The position numbers and the translations under genes are program-made. Below are positions 42,046 to 56,589 of a DNA stretch of 64,000 bases, piece by piece. Under the pieces are notes generated by a model. That model did no database searches, was not told the DNA's origin, and saw only the letters and a program-made list of their open reading frames with translations. This DNA is from Octopus vulgaris (Eukaryota): assembly GCA_951406725.2 (NCBI GenBank), contig OX597816.1, positions 35,154,001-35,218,000 of the forward strand. Reading direction: 5' to 3'. Position 1 is the stretch's first letter; each line of letters opens with the position of its first letter.

Positions 42046-42592
42046 TGAGTGAGGGAACAGTGCATACCATCAATGTGAAACTGGGTCAAAATATACGAAG
42101 TACAGTATACCCATCATGATTACCCGTCTGATAAGGGTACACCAGAGACATGCATCACAACCATATGCGAGCGACACGATGATCTCATATCAAGACAAAT
42201 AGCGCATGACCTTGCAGGTGGGGTCCAGTTAGAATTATCTTCAGATCGAGAGGGTCATCACACTCAAGAAGCCCCTGAATAAAGGCTGTTCAAGGATGGT
42301 GAACGAAGCTAACGTGAATTATCCAGACCACAACGAGTACATTTCAACATATGGCTATGATGCGCCCCAACTACTTCAGCTCGTGATCAGAGATGCACAT
42401 ATCGTCAGCCACCGAAGGCCATGTTCAACTGGTTATGGTCAAGTAATTGACAAGCAAATGTATGGTATTGAGGAGAATATTTGCTCTAGGACATCTTTTA
42501 TACCAAATTATAACATTGTATATAATAACACTTCCAATCAGTTAAGATCAGAAGCCACGCGAACCACTGCCTGGTACTCTATCAGGGCATGT
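42046..42592. mobile_element. Interspersed repeat bounded by (ATT)n and (CAT)n
   Basis: Compositionally distinct block between triplet tracts; family not assigned. Confidence 0.45.
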
Positions 42593-42608
42593 ATTATTGT
42601 CGTCGTCG

Positions 42609-42659
<51 letters not shown>

Positions 42660-43159
42660 CTATTATCATTATTATCACTTCACATACACACAACACATTA
42701 GTCTGTTGGGAAGGAAAAATTCTTAACATCGGGCCACAACAAGCGCCTTGAAATAGCAAGAAACATTCCTAAGTATCCTTGCTGACCCTAATATTAGTGT
42801 TCCGTTGAGCTGCGCGAAGCTAAGTTTTATACCTTTTTTTCCCTCTCCTATCTGTTCCAGTCTTTAGGGATAGATCCGAATGAACCTATAAATGCTGGTA
42901 TTCATTTTGCCCTCATTTTCTATAGCCTCTGTAACTCAAAGACTAGGTGGTAGTACCTTACCATATCTATACTTCTAATATTGACTTCCACATCATTTGA
43001 AACTGTAGAATTAATCATCTGGCCCTGGTGCTTTTTATTCTCTTTGTTTACTACTACTACCATCCCCAACACCAACACCACTACTAATACAACTACTACT
43101 ACTAAATCAGACCTTCTAGTTTCTATTAATCATTGTCATTATTTTTTTTTTTTTTTTAC

Positions 43160-44300
43160 TTTTCAGAGATCTCGGTCTTACTTTCTCTTGTAGATTCTGT
43201 GAGAGCGGACAGATGTTTCACAGATGTCTCACAGAGTCTCTGAAGACTATAACCTTTGATACTCCACACTCCACACCGAAACACTAATCTCAAAATCCTA
43301 GTTATCCCCAGTAGTGCAGTTTTGTGGGTCTATTCTGCCCTACAGACGCAGTCTGGGGTGTATGTCGATTTGTATGCAGATGACTTGTAGACTTCCCATA
43401 CTGCTAGAGAAACGTTTACCTTACAGAGATGTGCCACTAAATTAGCTTTCATTCTAAGCAATGAATTCGTTCTGTCTTTGAACACAATGCTTGAGATTGG
43501 TACCGATTTTTTCTGTATGATATCAACTCACAGTGTGTGTCATCGAATTTTTGTCTCAAAAGAATATTTTTGACTAGACCAAACAAGATATGCTCAACAG
43601 ATATAGGTGGTAAACTCTCTTAATTTGGCGATTGCTAGATTTATATTCAAATGTAGGGTTTGATAGCACATTATTAATAAAAATGTTGATAGTTCAGTTT
43701 TTTTTTCCAAAATGTATCCTTAATATTCCCGAGTGTCTCAGTATAATGCTCGGGCACTACACCATGCTTCACAAAATCAAGGGGAATGATGACCTTGTCT
43801 TTACATGATTTACTATGACCATATCTTTCTGTGACAATCGCTGGCGCGCGCTCAACATGTTTTTGCCAATAATAAAAACACGGATTTCACCATCTATGAA
43901 CAGATCATAAAAAATATATCTTCATGCTTGAAACTTTTCTAGCGCAACATAGATGAGCAGACCTCTAGACTTTTATCCTTTAGATCAGGTGTCATCTGCT
44001 AAGCTAAACCTATTGAGCTCTCTTTCTGATAAGTTCCCATTATCAGTCATGGATTTTGACCACAGCTCAATTATACAGCAAGCTAACAGATTCTAACGGT
44101 CAATCATTGCTCACCAATTTTTCCACTACTGTCTAGAATCATTCCGAAGCTGGTTTCTCTTTATCTAAATTTCTCCATACATCTGTGTAATGGTGTTATT
44201 TCCGTAAACAAAATGTAGTATTTAGTGAATGTTGTTGGGTCTGAAGCTATACTTCGCGAAGCACGCGGTAGTAGCAGGTTGCTTCTACTTGAAAGCCAGT
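43160..44300 (-). mobile_element. Degenerate non-LTR retrotransposon with restriction-like endonuclease (R4/Dong-like)
   Basis: Minus strand near 43320-43270 reads HKTALLGITRILR (compare QKxALLGTxxILR), with an upstream IVFKDR (compare RPDIVxxDK). Confidence 0.5.
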
Positions 44301-44699
44301 ATTAGCTTGACTCAGTAGAACAAGAATACGTACTACAGAGCAAGCGTTACCTATCCAGTGAAAAGGGATATGTCAATTAAACGGCGAGAAAGGATATCAC
44401 GAAATATATTTTTGAAAAGTCACCTGATGAGGCACAATCTACACCTGCGATGGACAACAATTGGTTGCACAGCATCTTCCCTATGAGCTACAAGCGTATC
44501 TGTGTGTCTATGTAATTGTTCTTGTGTCTTCATAATGATGTTATGGCGGTTATTATGATGCTGACGAAATAAGCAACATTTAGGTCTGTTCTTCACACTT
44601 TTATTTTAATATGTTATTTTTTAAAGTGTAATTAAATATTACGTTATCCCTTTAATTTCATTTGTTGGGCTTTAGTTTTCAGTTAGTTTGCAATGATAT

Positions 44700-45928
44700 T
44701 GTTACGGACCACCTGCCGTCGCTCAGTCGAACGGAGAATTCGCCACACAAAGAGAACTCGGTGGGGATGGCAGCGAAGTCAGCGACCGGAGACAACAACA
44801 ACAACAACAAATAGTAGGAAGAGATACAGAGATACGGCAGAAGGCAATTGGCTACATTTAACACTAGTTTATATGACAATCATTACAACATCAAATACAT
44901 TTAAAGAAAACAACAGGTATACAACAGATCAAATCATTTAAACATGAAGATACAATAAAACAACAGCATTTAAAGAAAACAACAAATCAATACATTATAC
45001 AATGTTCAAGTCACAACAGTTACATTAATGTACACATTAACGATACGGTTCAGAGTTCTTTTCTTGTCTTTTTCTACTTTCTTTTACATTTCAACAACAC
45101 TTTTCTTTATAACACATCAACAAGTCCTTTACTCAATTCCCATTGTTCAATTCTTTAGCATTTCAGCCTTTAGCACTGTTCTTTCTTTTTACTCTTTCCT
45201 TCTTTTTCTTCACATATCAAAATAATAATTAAACACATACCGTCAACAACAGCCAAAAGGCACAAACAAAACTTTACCGGACGTTCCTTTCCGTCTGCAA
45301 CAATTTCAGACGATTACTACTGTAATTGCCAAGCCCTCTCGCCACAATCTCTCCCAGTTCCTTAATCCCCTCTGCCTGACTTTCATCTGTCACAGCAGAA
45401 ACAACCTGTTACTCACTTGCTCTGTTCTCGACTGACTAACAGACTCACATCTCCTCGTACCCCCAAGGGCGAGCTCCAGCAGATGCCCCAGGAACTGGAG
45501 GTCTCCCTGGGTGGTCTCTCCTCCGAGGGTCTCGCCTCCCACGGCCACCACTTCACCACCGGCCACAGGTTGGCATCTTCCCTCTGCGGCTTGGGCAACA
45601 CCTCCGCCGAGGCCGCGAGGCCTCCTACGAGCCGCCTACACTGGACGCACCGTCCGAGGGAGTTCCTTAGCTCCCACACACAAGCAGGGTCCGGCCAATC
45701 CTTCACAGTGGTCACCTTCCTCAGGGATCTATACCCCACGTAGCATCTTGCTGTGCCGTCTCCATTCTGCACCATAATGGCCGACGATCAGGGACCGTTC
45801 CGCCCTTTCAATGCTCCCTGTCGCCGATATCTCTTCTTTCGCTGCCGTACTGGGACCATCCTCCGGCCCCGCTGCCTCCTCAAGCGACGACCGCCTGGGT
45901 CGATAAAACGTTCTGCGTTTTCCACCAA
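44700..45928 (-). mobile_element. Internally deleted Ty3/gypsy LTR element with one LTR
   Basis: PBS-like TGGTGG at 45927; RT remnants PWSSAIIMVQNGDGTARCYVGYRSL and DWPDP..VWELRNSLG; polypurine tract, then a TG...CA LTR at 45346-44700. Confidence 0.75.
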
Positions 45929-47121
45929 TATTTATGCTGTCCCATGTGCAAAATGTAGGTTATTGCTGTAATGACGGCTGGTAGATTTTCTTTACATAGT
46001 TTTAAACGAATATCGATTAATTAATAATTTTTGAATTCATTTTTTACGTTTATTTAATTGTGTTGGCTATTATTATTACATAGGATTAAAATTATCTGTG
46101 ACTAATTACTCAGGATTTTTTATACTTGTCTTTCCATATTGAATTGTCTTTGCATGTTCAAAGTACCATTTCATTTAAGTCAATCAGCATTAAGCCTTAA
46201 ACCTGATGTGTATCAGGAAAGACATATACGTTAATTTCATAACGTTTCTTGTTGGAAAATATAGAGATTCCGTAATGTGTCATCGTTACTTGTTTCAATC
46301 ACATATATATAATCCTCTCCTTTCTCTTTATGTCTTGCATTACTCAGGCAATATTTAAATAATGTTTTGCGCTGTGCACTCTTTCAGATTAGATTATATA
46401 TGCTGCTGTTGAAACCACATTGGTTCGTGATGAAGTAGCTGATAAAGAGGTACTTGTGCTTGTTAATCAGAATTGTTATATTTTGAAAATTACGATGTAA
46501 ATTATGCATATATGTTTCTACTTTTGATCTATATTTTGCGTTATTCAATGTGTAGATGCTTTCTGCATTCAGAATCCTTGTTGTTCAGCTAGATTCCATT
46601 GTCTGCTCTCAGACAAGAGTTAATTTAACTACTTCGACAATCTCATATTTTTATACTAACGTTAAAACTCTCTGTTATTTAATTGCGTCTAGATCGATAT
46701 TTTAGCATGTTATTAGCACCAGTTCGTCAGAAATTTAGTAGTATTGTTGGATCTAACTATTAATTAGGTTACGGTGCAGTTGTTGCAGGCACACTTACCC
46801 ATATGTGTTTGTGCTTTGTGCATATAGAAGCGCATACACACGCATACACAGAGACACAAACACACAAACTCTCACTCTCTTTGTCTCTCACAAGCACAAA
46901 CATATATGTGTGTGTTCGTGCGTATGTGCGTGTGTCCTCTGTGCGTGTGTGTCTCTGTGCGTGTGTGCCTCTGTGTGTGTGTGTGTGTGTGTGCCTCTGT
47001 GTGTGTGTGTGTGCCTCTGTGTGTGTGTGTGTGTGCGTTTGTATAATTAACACATACGTAGTTACAACGAAGACTTTTAAAAACAAGCAGTCATCACTCC
47101 AGCAATGTTTTTTATTCTTCT

Positions 47122-47213
<92 letters not shown>

Positions 47214-47703
47214 CCGGTAACATTGTACAAACCAACATTCTGATCATAAACGTAGCTTATTACATACATTGGTATATGCCTTCTTTCATTTTATCGATTA
47301 CTTCCATGCATATGTCATGCCTCTATTCCATACACATCCTTAAATTATTCCCACCTGTGCTAAGTATCTGTTATAAAACACTTGCTCTGCCAGTTTAGTC
47401 ACTAAAACTAAACCTCAAAATCTATATGCCAACAATAATTTAACGCTATTTTATTTTATCTCTCCACGTAGCTAGAGTTAAAAAAATCTACTTATCGCAA
47501 AGAATACCGGTATCTCTAATCCATTTTCCCTTTATTTTTCATTAATTTTGCACACATAAGTCATAGGATACCGAATAGTACAAATAACAGACGAACTTTT
47601 TAAATGTATATTCATATGCATGTACTTATGTATGTATGCATGCATGTATGTAGTTAGGTAGGTCGGTATGTATGATTCTGTCTATCTTTCCCACCTCTCT
47701 CTC

Positions 47704-47755
<52 letters not shown>

Positions 47756-48120
47756 CAAATATAATTTTTGTGCGCACGTGTGCATGTGGTACATATATGA
47801 TTACCTTTATGAAAATTTACAAAGGTGAGTCTGTGATATATGGTATGGTATAAAGTGTAAAACTCGGTGTGCTTATGAGGCGAAATATAGTCAAATGATG
47901 GAGGTGAGGGTGAGATTTAAATGATCCATGACTTAACGTACAATGCCGGATTAATATAAGGTAAGTGGAGATATTGATATATGCGCAAGGATATAAAAAT
48001 ACACACAAAATTTGTGAAATACATACATACATATATATATATATATACATAGATAAACACGCAAACACATATGCACACAAGCACACACACAAACACCCCC
48101 CCACACACACAAATATATAT

Positions 48121-48467
48121 ATGATAAATAAGATAACAAGGCCAAGACAATTTGATATTCCTAGGACATTTATAAATAAAAAGGTGTTCTTACAGCTATT
48201 TCAAGGATATAAATGATATCCCATCATCATCAGATTTTTGTTAAAAGAGAGGGAGTAATATATACGAGAAATTTGATATAAGTTTAGAAGAATAACGTCT
48301 GAAAAAAGTGAACTCTACTAATTCCTTCTATGGAAGCTCTTTTAGCGCGTCTCTGGTGTTGGGATTTCATTTTTTTTCTCGAAACACCTGTAAGATCACC
48401 TTTCAATTAATAAACGTCAGAGGAATATGAAATTGCCTTGGCCTTGTTATCTTATTTTATTTATCAT
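48121..48467. mobile_element. MITE with ~42-bp TIRs, in TA context
   Basis: atgataaataagataacaaggccaagacaatttgatattcct / aggaatatgaaattgccttggccttgttatcttattttatttatcat. Confidence 0.8.
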
Positions 48468-48568
48468 ATATACGCTCACACACGGCCTCCTCTACACTCC
48501 GCACTCCTGTTCTTATTGGGCCGGGAGCTTAACAGCTGCACTTATATGTGCTTATATAAACATACATA

Positions 48569-48631
<63 letters not shown>

Positions 48632-48648
48632 CATATATATATACATAC

Positions 48649-48713
<65 letters not shown>

Positions 48714-49257
48714 CAAAGAGAGAGAGACAGAGAGAGAAATTATATATTTGGATAGAATTTGTAGAATGGTGTGCGAAGATCGTCCACACTTATTGGGTAT
48801 ATGGTATCACAAAACATTACAAATGGACATGCCAATCGATTTACTCCAGTAATATCATAGTCTATATATAGTGTAAATATATAGATCAGAAACAGAAAAT
48901 GGAATTCATGAATTTTTTTTTTTTTGCTACAATTCTTTCGAGTCATTCTCACACTTGTATCTCATACTTGAGAGTCTCTGTACTTAATTATTATGCATCA
49001 CAGGTGTAGAATGCATCAATTAATTTGAATTTTTTAAATATATTTCTCGCTGTATATATCCTTTCCTATTACACCTTGCTTTGTAATAACGTATATTTGG
49101 GTAAGTATTGCATTGTAGCATTTCTCATTGGTAGACGAAACAGGATACACTTACGTAAAAATCATAGATACTTACGATACATAGATAAAACAAAATAAAA
49201 ATTAAAATATGAATATAAAATATAGATGACATTAAATGGAAATAAATACAAAACATA

Positions 49258-49428
49258 GGCGCAGGAGTGACTGTGTGGTAAGTAGCTTGCTAACCAACCA
49301 CATGGTTCCGGGTTCAGTCCCACTGCGTGGCATCTTGGGCAAATGTCTTCTGCTATAGTCCCGGGCCGACCAATGCCTTGTGAGTGGATTTGGTAGACGG
49401 AAACTGAAAGAAGCCTGTCGTATATATG

Positions 49429-49475
<47 letters not shown>

Positions 49476-49690
49476 TTGTGTTTGTCTACCTAGCATTGCT
49501 TGACAACCGATGCTGGTGTGTTTACGTCCCCGTCACTTAGCGGTTCGGCAAAAGAGACCGATAGAATAAGTACTAGGCTTACAAAGAATAAGTTCCGGGG
49601 TCGATTTGTTCGACTAAAGGCGGTGCTCCAGCATGGCCGCAGTCAAATGACTGAAACAAGTAAAAGAGTAAAAGAGAGAGAGAGTAAAAA
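49258..49690 (+). mobile_element. Full-length common tRNA-derived SINE
   Basis: ggcgcaggagtgactgtgtggtaag (A box), gggttcagtccc (B box), internal microsatellite and gtaaaaga tail; several paralogues in the window. Confidence 0.88.
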
Positions 49691-49998
49691 GAAATAGAAA
49701 TATATTTTTGAAGTCCTTCACATGGCTCTCAAATACCTTACAGTATGCAGAAAACTGGCCTATTAACCCGTGCTACATCTCCGGAAGTATCTTTGGAATT
49801 TGTTTCATGCAAAGCGAGCGCGCAGACACACAAAAACACACACATATAGGTGTATATAAAATTATATAGTTTTATATTCATTTGCATCAATCTATATATA
49901 CCTAAAGATTGTAGTCCCTTGTAAACTAGATTGAGTATAAATATAAGACGAATTCTTCAAGCACCTGTACATATGTATGTATATGTGTGTGTATATAT

Positions 49999-50153
49999 GT
50001 AGGTAGGTAGGTACGTAGGTAGGTAGGTAGGTAGGTAGGCATGTAGGTAGGTAGGTAGGTAGGTAGGTAGGTACGAGGGGAGGAAGGTAGGCAGGCAGGT
50101 AGGTATTTATGTAGGTAGGTAGGTAGGTAGGTAGGTAGATAGGTAGGTAGGTA
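49999..50153. repeat. (AGGT)n tetranucleotide microsatellite
   Basis: Seen directly. Confidence 0.9.
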
Positions 50154-50867
50154 GATATGAAGGCAGATGTCAACGACATCTCTATAGTTTAAAAGTAAGT
50201 AAATAGAGAAAAAGAGAGAAAGGGCGAGATAAGGAGCGAGAAAAATCGGGAGACAGAGGCAGAGAGAGAAATTAATATAAAGATAGGCTATTCATATCTT
50301 CTACATTTACCCTGTTTACCAAAAACACTACTAAGTATAGTACAAAGCACACCGTAGTACACGAGGTAGACTGGATGATAATGTTCCTCATGGGGGAACT
50401 AACTTCCTGCAACAGGTTACTTCTACCTGTATACACAAGATATACGATATATGTGTGAGTGTGTGTGTGTGTGTGTGTGTGCGTGTGTGTGTGTGTGCGT
50501 GTTTGTGTATAATGAAACCTTATAATATTAGCACAGCTCTTTTGGCCACTTCCCTCACATAAAAAATGAATGGTGGCCTATATATCGAAGGGCTTTTTTT
50601 GTACCCTATCAGAATTTGAAATGGCCATTAAATAGCATGTTGCTACTTCATCATAGAAACATGCTATGTTTTACTGAGACGTATGTACTGAGATTTCATG
50701 TTGGTTCAATCTGGGATTTCAATAATTTGAAATCACTGATTCATCAACTCTAAAATGTTACTGAACGGGAAAACTATGCTACAAAATCAGGTAGTAATGT
50801 TGCCATATGCTTATTTTTAGTGCAAGTTTTGAAGAGTGCTGTTCGATTTTAACAGTTATGTTTTCAA

Positions 50868-51872
50868 TGCGATATTGCAAGTGACAAAGTATCACATTCA
50901 GTACATTTTGCTTTACGAATTCAATAAAGGTAATACCTGAACGGAAAGTGCGAGGGATATTATTACAGTATATGGTGATCGGACAATAACCGTAAGCTAG
51001 TGGAAGCGGTGGTTTCAGAAATTCTGAGCTGTAAACTACAGCGTAAAAGACGAGCGTCGCCCTGGAATATCTGTAGAGCTCGACGTGGACGTCCTGCAAA
51101 CCGTGGTGGAAAAACAAATCATATAATAACTTTTGAGGAACTAGCAGAGAAGCTTCGAGTTGTTCATTCAACCATTCATTGATACATTGTGCGCAGTCGG
51201 AAAAAAGTCATCAAATTGGGTCAATATGTTCTTCACAAACTTTCCGAGTCTAATCGCGTGCTGTCTGAATGTGTGTACTTCTTTGCTGTCACTTCTCACG
51301 AATAAATCCTTTCGAACCGCATAGTGACGGGTGTCGAGAAATGTGTTCTCTATAAAAGTGTCAAACATCGAAGATAGCGGGTAGCCAAAGGAGAAACACC
51401 GGCACTCCAGGCTAAATTAGGTCTTAACCCACGTAAAATGTTTTTATCTGTTTGGTGGGATAGGAAAGGTTTAGCCCACTTTTAAACCCATCCCATATGA
51501 TAATAAAGGAGATCTACTGTGAGCAGTTTGAGCGGCTTAAGTCGTCGCTAGAAGAAAAACGACTATCTTGGATTTCAAGACGAAATGTTTCTTCCATGAG
51601 AGTAAAGCTCGGCCACATACGGCGTAGATGATATTCTAAAGATTGGAGCAGTTTGAATGGAACACTATGCCCCGTCCACCATTTTCGCCCATCTGATTAT
51701 CATTTATTTTGCAGTGCTCAAAATCGTTACTCCAGAATAAATATGAATTCTGTAGTGCTGGAGGAGTATTTTTCGTCACGGAAAATGAATTTTTGAAGAG
51801 AGGCCTTGCAAGTCTACCAGATAGATGGAAGGGCATTGTAGAAAATGGAGGATAGTATATTTTAGATTAAAA
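50868..51872 (+). pseudogene. Mariner transposase pseudogene
   Basis: ILLYEFNKGNT, RIVTGVEKCVLY (compare TGDEKW), LSVWWD, PRPPFSP, and ASLPDRWKGIVENGG. Confidence 0.85.
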
Positions 51873-52081
51873 ACGAATTTTATCTCAACAAAAGAAGTAT
51901 TAAAAATTCTCTAAATACGCAATTCAAATGCTATGTTGAAGCAATTACGTAAGCGATCCTTACTTATAGGGACAAATACAAACTACTTCGCAGAGTTTGT
52001 AATACGATTGACTCCCACAGAGAAGAATATATAGAAAGAAGGACTATGTTCAACAAAGAGAACAGACACTTGTATATTTGA

Positions 52082-53366
<1,285 letters not shown>

Positions 53367-53641
53367 GGGAACAGACTGTTTCAAAAATACGTTAGTTCTT
53401 ATCACTTTTCTAAACATGACACGTGTAGATAAATACGCTTTCCAATCACAAACCTAAGTGACTTTTAAATAAACAACGCAAAGGAAGGCAGTATTATTAT
53501 TTTCAAAATGAGGTTTTGACGATGTTAAGAAGTAGACAAACAATACATACACGCACACCCAAACACACATGCAAAGCGAATAGGAATTAGCTATTCCATA
53601 AATATATCAAATATTACATTTGTAGTCAATCAAATACCCAC

Positions 53642-54010
53642 CGTGTCTTTGTATAACTCCAGGAAGGCTGAGTGATATAAATGTCTTTCCTTGTCCGAAA
53701 GTTGCCGATATTCTCTTCGTGTTCTTAATTCTTTGCATGCTTCGGTTGGATGATTTTTACATTTATAAGCTTTAAATATTCCTCTGTAAAGAGATATAAT
53801 CCATGGATGATCCCAACCAGTCAAGCTGTTATTGAATGGATTCAAACATTTACGAAGAAAATCAGTTGAGGCATTTGCTGTACTAAACCCTGATTTGTCC
53901 AGTTGTGTGAGACAATCATCAATAGGTACTGGGAAGAGACTATCGGAGTAAACATTTGCAAAACAACACACAGAGAACAGATACACACCTAATATAATAT
54001 ATTGCTTCAT
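53642..54010 (-). CDS. tyr: Tyrosinase-like protein, coding exon 1 (signal peptide and start of tyrosinase domain)
   Basis: MKQYIILGVYLFSVCCFANVYS is a hydrophobic signal-like N-terminus. RTRREYRQLSDKERHLYHSAFLELYKDT matches the R-E-x-R-x-LS start of tyrosinase domains. Donor GTGGGT at 53641, phase 0. Confidence 0.88.
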
Positions 54011-55330
54011 CTTGTATTGTTGGAGAAAGAAAATAAAAAAAATACTATAGATTTATATTAAATATTTTGCTTTAAAGATGTTATTAAAATGTATCTTGAA
54101 GAAATATTATTCACAGCGAGGAGATTGATTGCTAGAATAGAACAAACACTTTTGAAATAAAGCTTCGTCAATTTTTTTCCTTAAACATATGTTTATTTTT
54201 AATGTGAATTACGTTGGTATTGGCCTAAAATATATAAATGCAATACAAGATATTTGTTTCTGGAAAAATCTTATATAAGTTTGATGTATTAATACCGGAT
54301 GTTCAAAATTTAAATTGACGTCAATAATAAAATATTAAAAACCTGTGCACCGAATGTATTTACAAAAAAGTCATGTAGTATAAATAATCCTGCAACAGGT
54401 ACATAGCAGTCAACCTTTTCAGATGACAATATATATATGTTCTATTGATTCTTATTTAATATACACAAATGAAATGTGCGTAGTCTATTTGTTGAAGAAT
54501 CTGTTTGTTGTCATTTCGCAGCAAAAACCAATTTTATTTACATAGCGTTGGTGAGACATGTTAAATTGTTAGAACTGTTAATACAGAAATTACATTTTCA
54601 ATCTGCAGAATAGGAAAAAGGTAAACACATTCACTGAAACCTCAAACGTCACAGATGTATGTATATATATACATATATTTCTGTATTCGTATTAATAGTG
54701 GCTGCTAAATGTAGGTGTGTGTGTGGTGCGCTCACACACACACATGAACACATACACATATGTTTGCAAACACTCACATAAATATAATATATGTGTGTAT
54801 GTGTGTGTGTCTGTGCTTGTGTATGTGGGTGCGAATATGTGCGTGTTTTAGTGTGTGTATATATATACATCTATATCTGTGAGTGTATGGATGTCTGTAA
54901 GTATGTTCGTATTTACGAATACTGCTAAAGTAGAGGGTAAATTTGTATTATGGTGCTGAGATTTTTGCACTTTTATTTTTATAAGGTTCAAGATAATGTC
55001 TGTACTGGTACAGGCGGGACAAATAAAATCAGATTAGCCTAGAATGGTACCAGGATTATTTATGTGCGCATCTGTATTGTGAGTGTGTGGGTGTATATAA
55101 ATGCGCACGCGCGTTTGCAAGTATCTTTCTACTTCTGTTTATACATAAGTATACGTCTGTGTAGAAAATAATATATATGTATCAAAGTATATTATGTATA
55201 CTTATATATATGTGTGTGTGTGTATGTATGCATAAGTATACACATGTATTTATGAACACATAAATATATACATATACATATGTATGAGTGCGTATATGTA
55301 TGTATATATGTACATACATATATACATATT

Positions 55331-55369
<39 letters not shown>

Positions 55370-55627
55370 GTGTACATATATATATACACACATATACATA
55401 TATTTATGTGTGTATAAGTTAGAGGTTAAGAACCCATCTAAGGGATATTAAATATCCAACATACTACTGGATGAGTACCTCCGTATTTTTAACCAAGGGT
55501 TTATTATTGCAAGGTAATATTGTATTGCTTACTATGTACGGGTGGGAGTAAATTGGAAATTTACCCAGGATATATGAGACAAATAAGAAAATGGTCAGGA
55601 TATAAAGTCGACAAACATCATCCAGTA

Positions 55628-55658
<31 letters not shown>

Positions 55659-56020
55659 GGAGGCGCAATGGCCCAGTGGTTATGGCAGCGGACTCACGGT
55701 TTCGATTCCCAGACTGTTGTGAGTGTTTATTGAGCGAAAACACCTAAAACTCCACGAGGCACCGACAGGGATGGTGGTGATCCCTGCTGTACTCTTTCAC
55801 CACAAATTTCTCTCACTCTTACTTCTTGTTTCTGTTGTACCTGTATTTCAAAGGGCCGGCCTCGTCACTCTCTGTGTCACGCTGAATATCCCCGAGAACT
55901 ACGTTAAGGGTACACGTGTCTGTGTAGTGCTGAGCCACTTACACGTTAATTTCACGAGCAGGCTGTTCTGTTGATCGGATCAACCGGAACCCTCATCGTC
56001 GTAACCGACGGAGTGCTTCC
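55659..56020 (+). mobile_element. tRNA-derived SINE
   Basis: Head as at 21128; body as at 230-372 and 678-860; tail ccatccatcc. Confidence 0.82.
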
Positions 56021-56072
56021 ATCCATCCATATATATATATATATATATTATGTATGTGTATATATATATATT

Positions 56073-56452
56073 AGGCGCAGGAGTGGCTGTTTGGTAAGTA
56101 GCTTGCTTACCAACCACATGATTCCGGGTTCAGTCCCACTGCCTGAAACCTTGGGCAAGTGTCTTCTACTATAGCCTTGGGCCGACCAAAGCCTTGCGAG
56201 TGGATTTGGTAGACGGACACTGGAGAAGCCCGTCGTATATATGTATTTATATGTATGTGTGTGTATATGTTTCTGTGTCTGTGTTTGTCCTCCCACCATT
56301 GGTTGATAACCGACGATGGTGTGTTTACGTCCCAGTAACTTAGCGATTCAGCAAAAGAGACCGATAGAATAAGGCCAGGGGTCCATTCACTCGACTAAAA
56401 GGCGGTGCTCGAGCATGGCCGCAATCAAATGACTGAAGCAAGTAAAAGAGTA
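56073..56452 (+). mobile_element. Common tRNA-derived SINE
   Basis: Collinear with 49258-49690. Confidence 0.88.
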
Positions 56453-56454
56453 AT

Positions 56455-56497
<43 letters not shown>

Positions 56498-56589
56498 ACA
56501 GAGACATAGACAGAGAGACATTCTTTTATTTCTCTATGCGTTTCAGCCTAAACAGTACTGCCACGCTGAGGCACGGGAATACCATCATC

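Noticed and set aside
42960-43005. Possible extra tyrosinase exon (AG...GTAAGG on the minus strand)
   Set aside because: Exon 1 joins exon 2 in frame with normal domain spacing, and there is no tyrosinase similarity here.
44423-44450. CUGAUGAGGC hammerhead-like word (also 24385 and 30498)
   Set aside because: No stem II, GAAA or stem I partner follows.
49258-49335. tRNA gene candidates at SINE heads (also 21055-21128, 53160-53225, 55659-55715)
   Set aside because: A and B boxes are present, but no complete cloverleaf was evident and each continues into a repeat body.
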